From: Myxococcota bacterium
GTDB taxonomy: Bacteria; Myxococcota; JACRCW01
DNA: 24,377 nt
Direction of reading: 5' to 3'
Assembly (NCBI GenBank): GCA_040752415.1
Contig: JBFMGU010000164.1
Location: 1 to 24,377, forward strand
Positions 11,633-19,337 of this stretch are shown here, in pieces. Positions within the stretch are counted from its first letter, which is position 1. Every line of letters starts with the position of its first letter. Below the pieces are notes generated by a model that worked only from the letters and a program-made list of their open reading frames with translations, was not told where the DNA came from and searched no databases. Made by a program: the position numbers and the translations under genes.

Positions 11633-12408
11633 GGACCGCCTCCGACGGGCGGCACATCCATCATCGGCCGGTGATCCAGCGCAGCCCCCGGTGCATGACA
11701 CTGCGTGCAGCTCTGCCGCGACGGGTGGCTGCTCTTGAGCCCGTCGGTACCACCCGGGCCGTGGCAGGACGTGCAGTTGGTGCGCATGAGGGTGGGATGG
11801 GGAATGGTGGGAGGAGCGCGGGGATGCGCGCGCGCGCCGAACGCGGGTGGCGGCACCGGCGCAAAGGCGTTCTCGGTGGCCACGGTGTCAACGGGAGGCG
11901 GGCCAAACTCGGCGGTGACGTCGGCGGGGACGTGGCACTGCGTGCAGTTGGTGTAGCTGGCGTGGCTCATCACCGGCGCGCGCGCGTTGCGGATGCGGGC
12001 ACCCCGGGCGTGGCAGTCAACGCAGGCCAGCACCCCGCGCGGCTCCACCGGGTGCGGAATGACCGGCGGTGCGCCGTCAAAGGCCCGTCGCTGCGCGCGC
12101 TCCGCCACGGCCTTCTCCCGCCCGCGGACCGGGTCCGGGATCTCCGCCAGGCGGTCCACCTCGGGCGCCAGTGCCGCCACGCTGTCCCGCCAGTGTGCAT
12201 TCCGGTTCATGGGGGTGACCGCCAGCGACGCATAGGTGGGCGCGGCGGCGGCCCCCACCTCGCTGCGCACGGACTCATGACGGGCAACGGGCGCGGGGTT
12301 GTCGCGCGTACCGCTCACGAACCCCACCAGCACCACGGTCATCACCACCGCCATGAAGATGTGCAGCGCGCGACCGCTCTCCGCCCCGCCCGGCACCGCG
12401 GCGCTCAT
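11629..12408 (-). CDS. Tetraheme cytochrome c made of two NapB-like diheme units, with N-terminal membrane anchor/signal
   Basis: ATG 12408 in ATGA overlap with the napA stop. Hydrophobic ALHIFMAVVMTVVLVGFV; motifs CVDCH, CTQCH, CTSCH, CTQCH; NapB-type APPVIPH and APPTIPH. Confidence 0.88.
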   Translation of the reverse strand: MSAAVPGGAESGRALHIFMAVVMTVVLVGFVSGTRDNPAPVARHESVRSEVGAAAAPTYASLAVTPMNRNAHWRDSVAALAPEVDRLAEIPDPVRGREKAVAERAQRRAFDGAPPVIPHPVEPRGVLACVDCHARGARIRNARAPVMSHASYTNCTQCHVPADVTAEFGPPPVDTVATENAFAPVPPPAFGARAHPRAPPTIPHPTLMRTNCTSCHGPGGTDGLKSSHPSRQSCTQCHAPGAALDHRPMMDVPPVGGGP

Positions 12409-14813
12409 GGCTTGGCGCTCCCCGTCTTCCGCTGCACGCGCACCGCGCACTTCTTGTAGTCGGGCTGCTTGGAGATGGGGTCATGGGCTTCCAGCGTGAC
12501 CAGGTTCACCAGCATCCGCTCGTCGAAGAACGGTACGAACAGCGACCCGGGTGGCGGCTGCCCCCGCCCCTCCATCCACACCGGCACGTCCACGCTCCCG
12601 CGGCGCGAGACCAGCGTGACGACGTCACCGTTCTGCACGCCGAGCCGGTGCGCGTCCTCCCGGTTCATCTCCACGTAGGCCTGCGGCATGGCGCGCCGGA
12701 GCTGCGGGACGCGCATGGTCATGGTGCCGGTGTGCCAGTGCTCCAGCACGCGGCCGGTGCACAACCAGAAGGGGAATTCCTCGTCGGGAACCTCGGGGGG
12801 CGGCTCGTAGGGGTGGAACCAGATGAGCGCGCGGTCGTCCTTGGTCACGGAGTGGTAGAACTGGAACTTCCGCCCCTTCTCCACGAAGGGGTCGTCGAAT
12901 TCCGCAAAGCGGTACTGCGTCTCCCGCCAGGAGCCGTCCGCCTGCTGCACCACCGGCCAGCGCAGGCCGCGGGCCTTCACGTATTCCTGGTAGGGCGCCA
13001 GGTTCTTGTGCTTCTTCGTCGTGAACCGGCGGTACTCCTCGAACAGCCGCTCGTCGACGTTGATGTCGTAGTAGCGCTCCCATTGCCAGGTGGGCACTTC
13101 GCGCCCGTTGGCGTCGGCCATGTGGAACAGGAACTTCCCGTCCTTGTCCTTCATGCCTTCAAAACCCAGCTCCAGGAGGCGGTGCGCCACGGCCACCGTC
13201 TGCCAACAGTCATCCCGCGCCTCTCCCGGCGGCTGCACCATGCGGAACCACTGCTGCGTCCGCCGCTCCGAGTTCCCGAACATCCCGTTCTTCTCCACCC
13301 ACAGCGCACTCGGCAGGATCAGGTCCGCATGCCGCGTGGTGGCGGTGGGATACACGTCGGAGACGATGAGGAACTTGTCCTCCAGCTTGCGGCTGGCCAG
13401 GAACAGCGCGTTGGTGTTGGGCAGCGACTGGCCCGGGTTGCTGACCTGCACCCAGATGGTGTGGATGTCGCCGCCCTCACCGCTGGGCGTGGAGAAGCGC
13501 TTCCACATCTCCACGGTGTGATGACCCGGCTTCGGCGCGACCCGACCGGCCGGCACGTTCCAGATCTCCTCGGCGTGCTGCCGGTCCTTCTCGTTGGCCA
13601 CGTTGCCGCCGCCGGGCAGCCCATGGGCCAGCGTTCCCACCTCGCGCACCGTGCCGCACGCCGAGGGCTGGCCGGTGAGGCTGGTGGGGTTGTCGCCCGG
13701 CCTCCCGAAGTGACCGCTCAGCAGGTGGATGCCGTGCACCAGCCGATTGATCGCCGTGCCGCGCGTGTGCTGGTTCATGCCCATGCACCACAGGCTGGTG
13801 ATGCGCAGCTCCCGTCGACCGAAGAGGTCGGCGAGCATGCGGATGTCGTTGGCGCGCACGCCCGAGATCCGCTCCACGTGCTCCGGGGTGTAGACGGAGA
13901 GCTCACGACGGTACTCGTCAAAGCCCATCTCCTGGCCATTCAGCGAGGGCGTCTCGGTGTCCTTGCGGAAGTTGCAGAACGACTTCACGAACTGTGCGTC
14001 ATGGGTCCCGCGCTCCAGCAACAGGTGGGCAATCCCGTTGGCCACGGCCACGTCGGTGTGGGGACGGAACTGCAGGTAGTGCTGGCAGTGGTCGGTGGTG
14101 CGCGTGCGCCGTGTGCCAATGTCGACGAGCGTGACCTGCTCCCCGCGGGAACGGCGGTCGATGACGCGGGAGAAGAGCACCGGGTGCATCTCCGCCGGGT
14201 TGTTGCCCCACATGATGAGCACGTCGCACTTGTCCAGGTCGGTGAACGTGCCGGCCGGCTCGTCGACACCGTAGGTGCTCATGAAACCGGTGACCGCGCT
14301 GGCCATGCACAGGCGCGCGTTGGGATCGATCTGGTTGCTGCCCAGGCCGCCCTTCATGAACTTCTGCGCGGCATAGCCTTCCGGGATGGTCCACTGGCCG
14401 CTGCCGTACATGGCAAAGCCCTTGGGGTCCTTCAGCACGCGCTTGGCCACCACGTCCAACGCCTCGCTCCACGAGATGGGGACGTGTGTGCCACCACGCT
14501 TGAGCAGCGGCGTCCGCAAGCGGTCCTTGCCGTAGAGGATGAGGCCCACGTGATAGCCCTTCACGCAGCACAGGCCCTTGTTGACCTCCGCCAGCGGGTC
14601 GCCCGCCACCGCCACCACGCGCCCGTGCTGCACGCCCACCTGCACGTGGCACCCGGTCCCGCAGAAGCGGCACGGCGCCTTCTGCCACCGCGTGTCCCCC
14701 TCAAGGGGCTGGGCCTGGGCCAGGCGGGAGGCAGCGGCGGTGGCGGTGGCCATGGCCGAAAGCTTGAGGAATGTCCGACGGTCGGTCTCCAAGGTCTCTC
14801 CCATGCGTTCCAT
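12405..14813 (-). CDS. napA: Periplasmic nitrate reductase catalytic subunit (Mo-bisPGD, [4Fe-4S])
   Basis: Tat motif DRRTFLK; KAPCRFCGTGC...NKGLCCVKGY; Mo-ligand region DPNARLCMASA; WGNNPAEMHP; MGMNQHTRG; SLTGQPSACGT.REVG; LCTGRVLEHWHTGTMT; DPISKQPDYKKCAV. Confidence 0.97.
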   Translation of the reverse strand: MERMGETLETDRRTFLKLSAMATATAAASRLAQAQPLEGDTRWQKAPCRFCGTGCHVQVGVQHGRVVAVAGDPLAEVNKGLCCVKGYHVGLILYGKDRLRTPLLKRGGTHVPISWSEALDVVAKRVLKDPKGFAMYGSGQWTIPEGYAAQKFMKGGLGSNQIDPNARLCMASAVTGFMSTYGVDEPAGTFTDLDKCDVLIMWGNNPAEMHPVLFSRVIDRRSRGEQVTLVDIGTRRTRTTDHCQHYLQFRPHTDVAVANGIAHLLLERGTHDAQFVKSFCNFRKDTETPSLNGQEMGFDEYRRELSVYTPEHVERISGVRANDIRMLADLFGRRELRITSLWCMGMNQHTRGTAINRLVHGIHLLSGHFGRPGDNPTSLTGQPSACGTVREVGTLAHGLPGGGNVANEKDRQHAEEIWNVPAGRVAPKPGHHTVEMWKRFSTPSGEGGDIHTIWVQVSNPGQSLPNTNALFLASRKLEDKFLIVSDVYPTATTRHADLILPSALWVEKNGMFGNSERRTQQWFRMVQPPGEARDDCWQTVAVAHRLLELGFEGMKDKDGKFLFHMADANGREVPTWQWERYYDINVDERLFEEYRRFTTKKHKNLAPYQEYVKARGLRWPVVQQADGSWRETQYRFAEFDDPFVEKGRKFQFYHSVTKDDRALIWFHPYEPPPEVPDEEFPFWLCTGRVLEHWHTGTMTMRVPQLRRAMPQAYVEMNREDAHRLGVQNGDVVTLVSRRGSVDVPVWMEGRGQPPPGSLFVPFFDERMLVNLVTLEAHDPISKQPDYKKCAVRVQRKTGSAKP

Positions 14814-15115
14814 CAGGCGTCGACCTCCCGGTCCCGTCGTCGACGACGCACCGGCGCCGCCTCGGACCCGGGGTCCACGTCCGAGAAGTCCACGCTCACC
14901 ACGTCAATGAACCGCACGCCGCGCACGAGGGGCAGCTCCTCTTCCAGCCGGCGGATGCCCTCGCCCAGCGTTGCGGTCTCCAGCACGGCGGGAACGCGCC
15001 GGCCTGCCTGCTCCGGCCCCAGCACCAGTCCCGCGTGCGCGCCCAACACGCTCAGGGCGTGCTCGCGCTCGTCGACATCGTCGCTCAAGGTGATCACCAG
15101 CGCGCTGACCGGCAT
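14813..15115 (-). CDS. napD: NapD-like Tat signal-peptide chaperone (100 aa)
   Basis: MPVSALVITL...GRRVPAVLET...LPLVRGVRFIDVVSVDF fits the NapD ferredoxin-like pattern. GGAG RBS before ATG 15115; TGATG overlap with napA; canonical position upstream of napA. Confidence 0.8.
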   Translation of the reverse strand: MPVSALVITLSDDVDEREHALSVLGAHAGLVLGPEQAGRRVPAVLETATLGEGIRRLEEELPLVRGVRFIDVVSVDFSDVDPGSEAAPVRRRRRDREVDA

Positions 15116-15142
15116 CCGCGGCTCCCGTGCTCCGCGCACCGG

Positions 15143-15158
15143 TCCAAGGGACGTGCCA
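15143..15158 (-). promoter_or_regulatory. Sigma-54 (-24/-12)-type promoter for the napDA operon, variant -12
   Basis: Minus strand reads TGGCACGTCCCTTGGA: perfect TGGCACG, correct 10-nt spacing, TTGG instead of TTGC; 27 nt upstream of the napD ATG. Confidence 0.6.
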
Positions 15159-15228
15159 ACCCCGCGGCGCCCGGTGGCGTGCGGCCAGTGCGCGAGATTT
15201 TCGCCGGGCACCCGGGCAGCGCTCCTGC

Positions 15229-15268
15229 GGTGGCGCAAGAAGTGCGGGGACGCATGACGTTCGCCACC
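15229..15268. promoter_or_regulatory. Dyad GGTGGCG-N7-TGCG-ggga-CGCA-N7-CGCCACC, candidate activator (bEBP) binding site
   Basis: Inverted repeat read directly between the two divergent promoters; a third half-site CGCG-AGATTTT-CGCC at 15191-15205. Confidence 0.5.
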
Positions 15269-15290
15269 TGGCGGTGAGCCGGGACCTGGC

Positions 15291-15306
15291 TGGTATGCGC
15301 GTTGCT
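15291..15306 (+). promoter_or_regulatory. Sigma-54 (-24/-12) promoter for the cytochrome-NrfC-NrfD operon
   Basis: TGGTATGCGCGTTGCT matches TGGYAY-N5-TTGCW with exact GG-N10-GC spacing, 52 nt before ATG 15359. Confidence 0.7.
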
Positions 15307-15358
15307 CCGGCGCTCGCCGGCCTGGTGCATCTCCGTGGATGGCCGGGGAGGACGAGGA

Positions 15359-15979
15359 ATGGTGGACCGCCGTTGGAGTCGCCACGTGCTTGCGCTGCTG
15401 CTGGTGGGCGTGGGCGGAGCCTGTGGTGGCGCAGCGGCAACACCCGCGGCGCCGTCGACCTCGACGTCGCGGGGAGCGCTTCACGCGGTGGAGATCCGCG
15501 CGCACCCCGGTCTGGGACGCCTGGACGGCACCGTGGAGGACGTCCGCGGCGCGCCCGCGGGGGTCCGCTGCAACACGTGTCACACGTCGTGGGTGACGGG
15601 CGCGCCCGCGCGGAGGCCCCAGGAGCTCGACGAGTTCCACGAGGACATGATCTTCCGTCACGGCAACCTGGCGTGCGCCTCCTGCCACGACCCCGACAAC
15701 CACGAGCGGGTGCGCCTGGCCAGCGGCGAGACCTTCCCGCTTTCCGAGACCATGGCCCTGTGCGCGCAGTGTCATGGCCCGCAGCACCGCGACTACCGCA
15801 ACGGCTCGCACGGGGGCATGAGCGGGTACTGGGACCTCACGCGCGGCCCGCGGGTGCGCAACCACTGCGTCAACTGTCACGACCCCCACGCGCCGGCGTG
15901 GGACCAGGTCCTGCCCGCGCCGCCGCCGCGTGACCGCTTCTTGACGTCGTCACACCGGGAGGGTGCGCATCATGAGTGA
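15359..15979 (+). CDS. Tetraheme cytochrome c lipoprotein
   Basis: GGAGGACGAGGA RBS then ATG 15359; signal RRWSRHVLALLLVGVGGA-C; CNTCH, CASCH, CAQCH, CVNCH. Confidence 0.9.
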   Translation: MVDRRWSRHVLALLLVGVGGACGGAAATPAAPSTSTSRGALHAVEIRAHPGLGRLDGTVEDVRGAPAGVRCNTCHTSWVTGAPARRPQELDEFHEDMIFRHGNLACASCHDPDNHERVRLASGETFPLSETMALCAQCHGPQHRDYRNGSHGGMSGYWDLTRGPRVRNHCVNCHDPHAPAWDQVLPAPPPRDRFLTSSHREGAHHE

Positions 15980-16898
15980 CGCCGCGGGAAAGCGGCCGGC
16001 GGACCCGGCGCGTCGCACCACGCTCAAGGTCCTGGGCGCTTCGCTGGGAGCGGCGGCGTTTGCGCGGGCGGCGGCGCCGCTCACGGAGTGGAGCGGTGAG
16101 CTCTCGGTGGCGGAGTTCCTCCAGAAGCACTACCGGGAGCTGACGCCCGACGAGATGAAGGCCGTGCTCGCGCGGATTGAGGAGGAGACGCAGCGCAAGA
16201 CCGGCGTGGCGGTCAGCGTGAGCGACCTGCGCCCCCAGCCCGGCGTGAAGTTCGGCTATGCGCTGAACCTGAGCATCTGCATCGGGTGTCGACGGTGCGC
16301 GGAGGCCTGCCACCAGGAGAACAACCACGACCGCGCCTCGCACAACTCGTACATCCGCGTCCTGGAGATGACCCAGGGCAGCCTGGACATGGAGAAGGGC
16401 AACGCCACCTACCAGCATCCCGTGCCACAGCCCGGCCACTACTACATGCCGGTGCAGTGCCAGCAGTGCGACAACGCTCCGTGCGTGAAGGTCTGCCCGG
16501 TGGAGGCCACCTGGAAGGAGAAGGATGGCGTCGTGGTGGTGGACTACAACTGGTGCATTGGCTGTCGTTATTGTGAGGCGGCCTGTCCCTATCATGCGCG
16601 ACGTTTCAACTGGCACGCGCCGCAGGTCCCGGCGGAGGAGATCAATCCCAACCAGGGCTACCTGAGCAACCGGCTGCGGCCCAAGGGTGTCGTTGAGAAA
16701 TGCCACTTCTGCCTCCACCGCACGCGGGCGGGGCGGCTGCCGGCGTGCCTGGAGGCGTGTCCCACCGGGGCGCGCGTGTTCGGGAACCTGCTGGACCCCA
16801 ACAGCGAAATCCGCTGGGTGCTGCAGAACAAGCGCGTGTTCGTCCTCAAGGAAGAGCTCGGGACACAGCCCAGCTTCTTCTACTTCTTTGATGAGTAG
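15972..16898 (+). CDS. Tat-exported 4x[4Fe-4S] protein, NrfC/DsrO/PsrB family
   Basis: RRTTLK plus h-region; CIGCRRCAEAC; PVQCQQCDNAPCVKVCP; CIGCRYCEAACPY; VEKCHFC..R....PACLEACP. ATG 15972 overlaps the upstream stop. Confidence 0.92.
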   Translation: MSDAAGKRPADPARRTTLKVLGASLGAAAFARAAAPLTEWSGELSVAEFLQKHYRELTPDEMKAVLARIEEETQRKTGVAVSVSDLRPQPGVKFGYALNLSICIGCRRCAEACHQENNHDRASHNSYIRVLEMTQGSLDMEKGNATYQHPVPQPGHYYMPVQCQQCDNAPCVKVCPVEATWKEKDGVVVVDYNWCIGCRYCEAACPYHARRFNWHAPQVPAEEINPNQGYLSNRLRPKGVVEKCHFCLHRTRAGRLPACLEACPTGARVFGNLLDPNSEIRWVLQNKRVFVLKEELGTQPSFFYFFDE

Positions 16899-16901
16899 GC
16901 C

Positions 16902-18161
16902 ATGTCCGCCACCGTTCCCGAGCCGTCCGTGCGACACCTGCAGAGCTATCCCCGCTTCCTCTGGCGTTCGCTGGTGCTCGCGTTCGACGGGAGCTGGGCC
17001 TTCTACCTGTGGATGGCCACGCTGACGGCGCTGGCGTTGGTGGGGTTCAACGCGTGGGCGCAGCAGGTGGTGGGGGGCATGGCGCTCACGGGAATGAGCG
17101 ACCACGTCTCGTGGGGACTCTACATCGCCAACTTCACCTTCCTGGTGGGCCTGGCCGCGGGCGCGGTGATGATGGTGATTCCCGCCTACCTCTACGACGA
17201 CCACGAGATGCACGACGTGGTGATCATCGGCGAGCTGCTGGCGGTGGCAGCGCTGGTGATGTGCCTGGCTTTTGTGACGGTGGACCTGGGCCGCCCGGAC
17301 CGCTTCTGGCACCTCATCCCCGGGCTTGGGCGCTTCCACTGGCCGGTGTCGATGTTGACCTGGGACGTGGTGGTGCTGAACGGCTACCTGCTGCTGAACC
17401 TGCACATCTGCGGGTACATCATCTACACGCGCTACACCGGTCGCCAGCCGGACAAGCGCTGGTACCTGCCGTTCGTCTTCATCTCCATTGTCTGGGCCAT
17501 CTCCATCCACACCGTGACGGCGTTCCTCTACAGCGGCCTGGGCGGTCGGCCGTTCTGGAACAGCGCCATCCTGGCCCCGCGTTTCCTGGCCTCGGCGTTC
17601 GTTTCCGGACCCGCATTCGTGATCGTCACGCTGCAGCTCATCCGAAGGGTCACGGGCTTCCACGTCGGCAACGGGCCCATCCGCACGCTGTTCGGCATTG
17701 TGCGGGTCACCTGCCTGCTGAACCTGTTCCTGCTGTTGGCCGAGGTGTTCACGGAGTTCTACACGGGCGGGTCGCACGTGAGCGCGGCGCGTTACCTGTA
17801 CTTCGGGCTGCACGGAAAGAACGGTCTGGTGCCGTGGATCTGGACCGCCATCACGCTGAACTCCGTGGCGGCGGTGCTGTTCCTGCTGCCGGCCACGCGG
17901 GAGCGCCTCTGGCTGCTGGACCTCGCCTGCGTGATGACGTTCGTGGGGGTGTGGATTGAGAAGGGGATGGGCCTCATCATCCCGGCGTTCATTCCCAGCA
18001 CGCTGCACGAGATCGTGGAGTATTCGCCAAGCATCGTGGAGTGGAAGGTGGCGGTGGGCATCTGGGCGCTGGGCCTGATGACCTTCACCATTGCGTTGAA
18101 GGTTGCGCTCCCCATCCTGATGCAACGGGTGACACTGCAGCGTGACGAAGGGACCGAATGA
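16902..18161 (+). CDS. nrfD: NrfD/PsrC/DsrP-family integral membrane quinol-interacting subunit
   Basis: About 10 hydrophobic segments; TGMSDHVSWGLYIANFTFLVGLAAG; VDLGRPDRFWH; PRFLASAF.SGPA; starts 3 nt after the Fe-S gene. The symbol denotes the family; it looks DsrP-like. Confidence 0.9.
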   Translation: MSATVPEPSVRHLQSYPRFLWRSLVLAFDGSWAFYLWMATLTALALVGFNAWAQQVVGGMALTGMSDHVSWGLYIANFTFLVGLAAGAVMMVIPAYLYDDHEMHDVVIIGELLAVAALVMCLAFVTVDLGRPDRFWHLIPGLGRFHWPVSMLTWDVVVLNGYLLLNLHICGYIIYTRYTGRQPDKRWYLPFVFISIVWAISIHTVTAFLYSGLGGRPFWNSAILAPRFLASAFVSGPAFVIVTLQLIRRVTGFHVGNGPIRTLFGIVRVTCLLNLFLLLAEVFTEFYTGGSHVSAARYLYFGLHGKNGLVPWIWTAITLNSVAAVLFLLPATRERLWLLDLACVMTFVGVWIEKGMGLIIPAFIPSTLHEIVEYSPSIVEWKVAVGIWALGLMTFTIALKVALPILMQRVTLQRDEGTE

Positions 18162-18221
18162 ACGGCGCGGTGGGGCGCTCACGGTCTGGGACTGAGCAGG
18201 GCTGACATTGCTGGAGACGTG

Positions 18222-19334
18222 ATGACATCCCTTCCCATTGTTTGCCCGGCGGGCGCCGCGAACCAGCCTGCCACCTGTCCCATCAGCAAGGAGGCCTGCC
18301 CGGGGTTCTGCATCTTCTCCGATGTGATGGAGAGTGTTCGGCTCGGCGTTGCCCTGTTCAACCTGGAGCAACGCACCCTGACGTTCCTGAACACCTCAGC
18401 ACGCGAGATCTTCAAAGACGCCCCGGAGCCAATCACGTTCGACTCGCTGTGCCGGCTGTTGGTTCCCAGGGACGTCGACATCCGCACCTTCACACCACCC
18501 CTGACGCCGGAACCGCTGCGGCTCAAGAACCGGATTGTTGGCTACACGCTCTACCAATCCCGGGGGTACGCCTGGGCCTTTCTGCGTGACGTGACGGAGA
18601 AGGCCCGCCTTGAGTCCATTGCGGAGGCGGTCGAGCTCATGAACAGCCTCGGCTTCGTCTTCTCGGCGGTCCGCCATGAATTGGGCAATCCCATCAATTC
18701 GGTCAAGGCCGCGTTGACGGTCCTCCGAGCCAACTTCGACCGCTTTTCTCGCGAGCAGCACGCCGACTACCTGGACCGCATGCTGTTGGAGATCGGGCGG
18801 GTGGAACACCTCCTGCACTCGATGAAGAGCTTCTCGATGTACGAACGCATGCAACCCCAGCCCGTCGACATTGAGACATTCCTCAAGGACTACCAGCGGC
18901 TAATCCGAGACGAAGCCGAGCGCAGGAACCTTGCGCTGCGGATTCAGTGCGCCCCCGACGTCCGGGCACACTGTGATCCACGGGCGCTGCAGCAGGTGTT
19001 TCTGAACCTCTTCGCCAATGCCGCCGACGCGCTGGAGGGTCAGGCGGACGCCGAGGTGCGGATCGAGGTGGACCGGTTGGACAACCTGGTGCGCATTTGC
19101 TTCAGCGACAACGGGCCGGGTCTCTCCGAGGAGCAGAAGGAGGCGCTGTTCAAGCCTTTCCACACGTCAAAGGAGAAGGGCACCGGCCTGGGCCTGGTCA
19201 TCACCAGGAAGCTGCTGGCTCAGATGCAGGGCACCATCACCGTCGAGTCCTCTGAGGGGCGCGGCCTCTCGGCGATCATTACCCTTCTGCGTGCGGGCGA
19301 ACCGCCCTCGCGGGCCGCCGGGGAGCGGGCGTGA
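18222..19334 (+). CDS. Soluble sensor histidine kinase with N-terminal 4-Cys cluster and PAS-like domain
   Basis: GGAG RBS, GTG 18219/ATG 18222; H-box AVRHELGNPINS; QQVFLNLFANAADA; SDNGPGL; LFKPFHTSKEKGTGLGL; no transmembrane segment. Confidence 0.93.
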   Translation: MTSLPIVCPAGAANQPATCPISKEACPGFCIFSDVMESVRLGVALFNLEQRTLTFLNTSAREIFKDAPEPITFDSLCRLLVPRDVDIRTFTPPLTPEPLRLKNRIVGYTLYQSRGYAWAFLRDVTEKARLESIAEAVELMNSLGFVFSAVRHELGNPINSVKAALTVLRANFDRFSREQHADYLDRMLLEIGRVEHLLHSMKSFSMYERMQPQPVDIETFLKDYQRLIRDEAERRNLALRIQCAPDVRAHCDPRALQQVFLNLFANAADALEGQADAEVRIEVDRLDNLVRICFSDNGPGLSEEQKEALFKPFHTSKEKGTGLGLVITRKLLAQMQGTITVESSEGRGLSAIITLLRAGEPPSRAAGERA

Positions 19335-19337
19335 CAG

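Noticed and set aside
12405..14813. Formate dehydrogenase, assimilatory Nas or NarG/perchlorate reductase identity
   Set aside because: Tat signal with NARLCMASA, GQPSACGT.REVG and the KKCAV terminus are NapA-type; no Sec codon or Asp-type ligand region.
15116..15358. FNR/Crp or NarL box in the nap divergent region
   Set aside because: No TTGAT-N4-ATCAA or TACYNMT-type repeat found.
15116..15889. N-terminal 258 aa of ORF 14813..15889
   Set aside because: Crosses the promoter region and is antisense to the cytochrome gene; the NapD-like sequence begins at ATG 15115 with its own RBS.
15359..18161. Calling the module dsrJOP (sulfur metabolism) or nrfBCD (nitrite ammonification)
   Set aside because: No dsrMK/dsrAB or nrfA in the window; the cytochrome has 4 CxxCH, not 3 (DsrJ) or 5 (NrfB).
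18195..18213. Sigma-54 site upstream of the Cys kinase (AGGGCTGACATTGCT)
   Set aside because: GG-to-GC spacing is 9 nt rather than the required 10.
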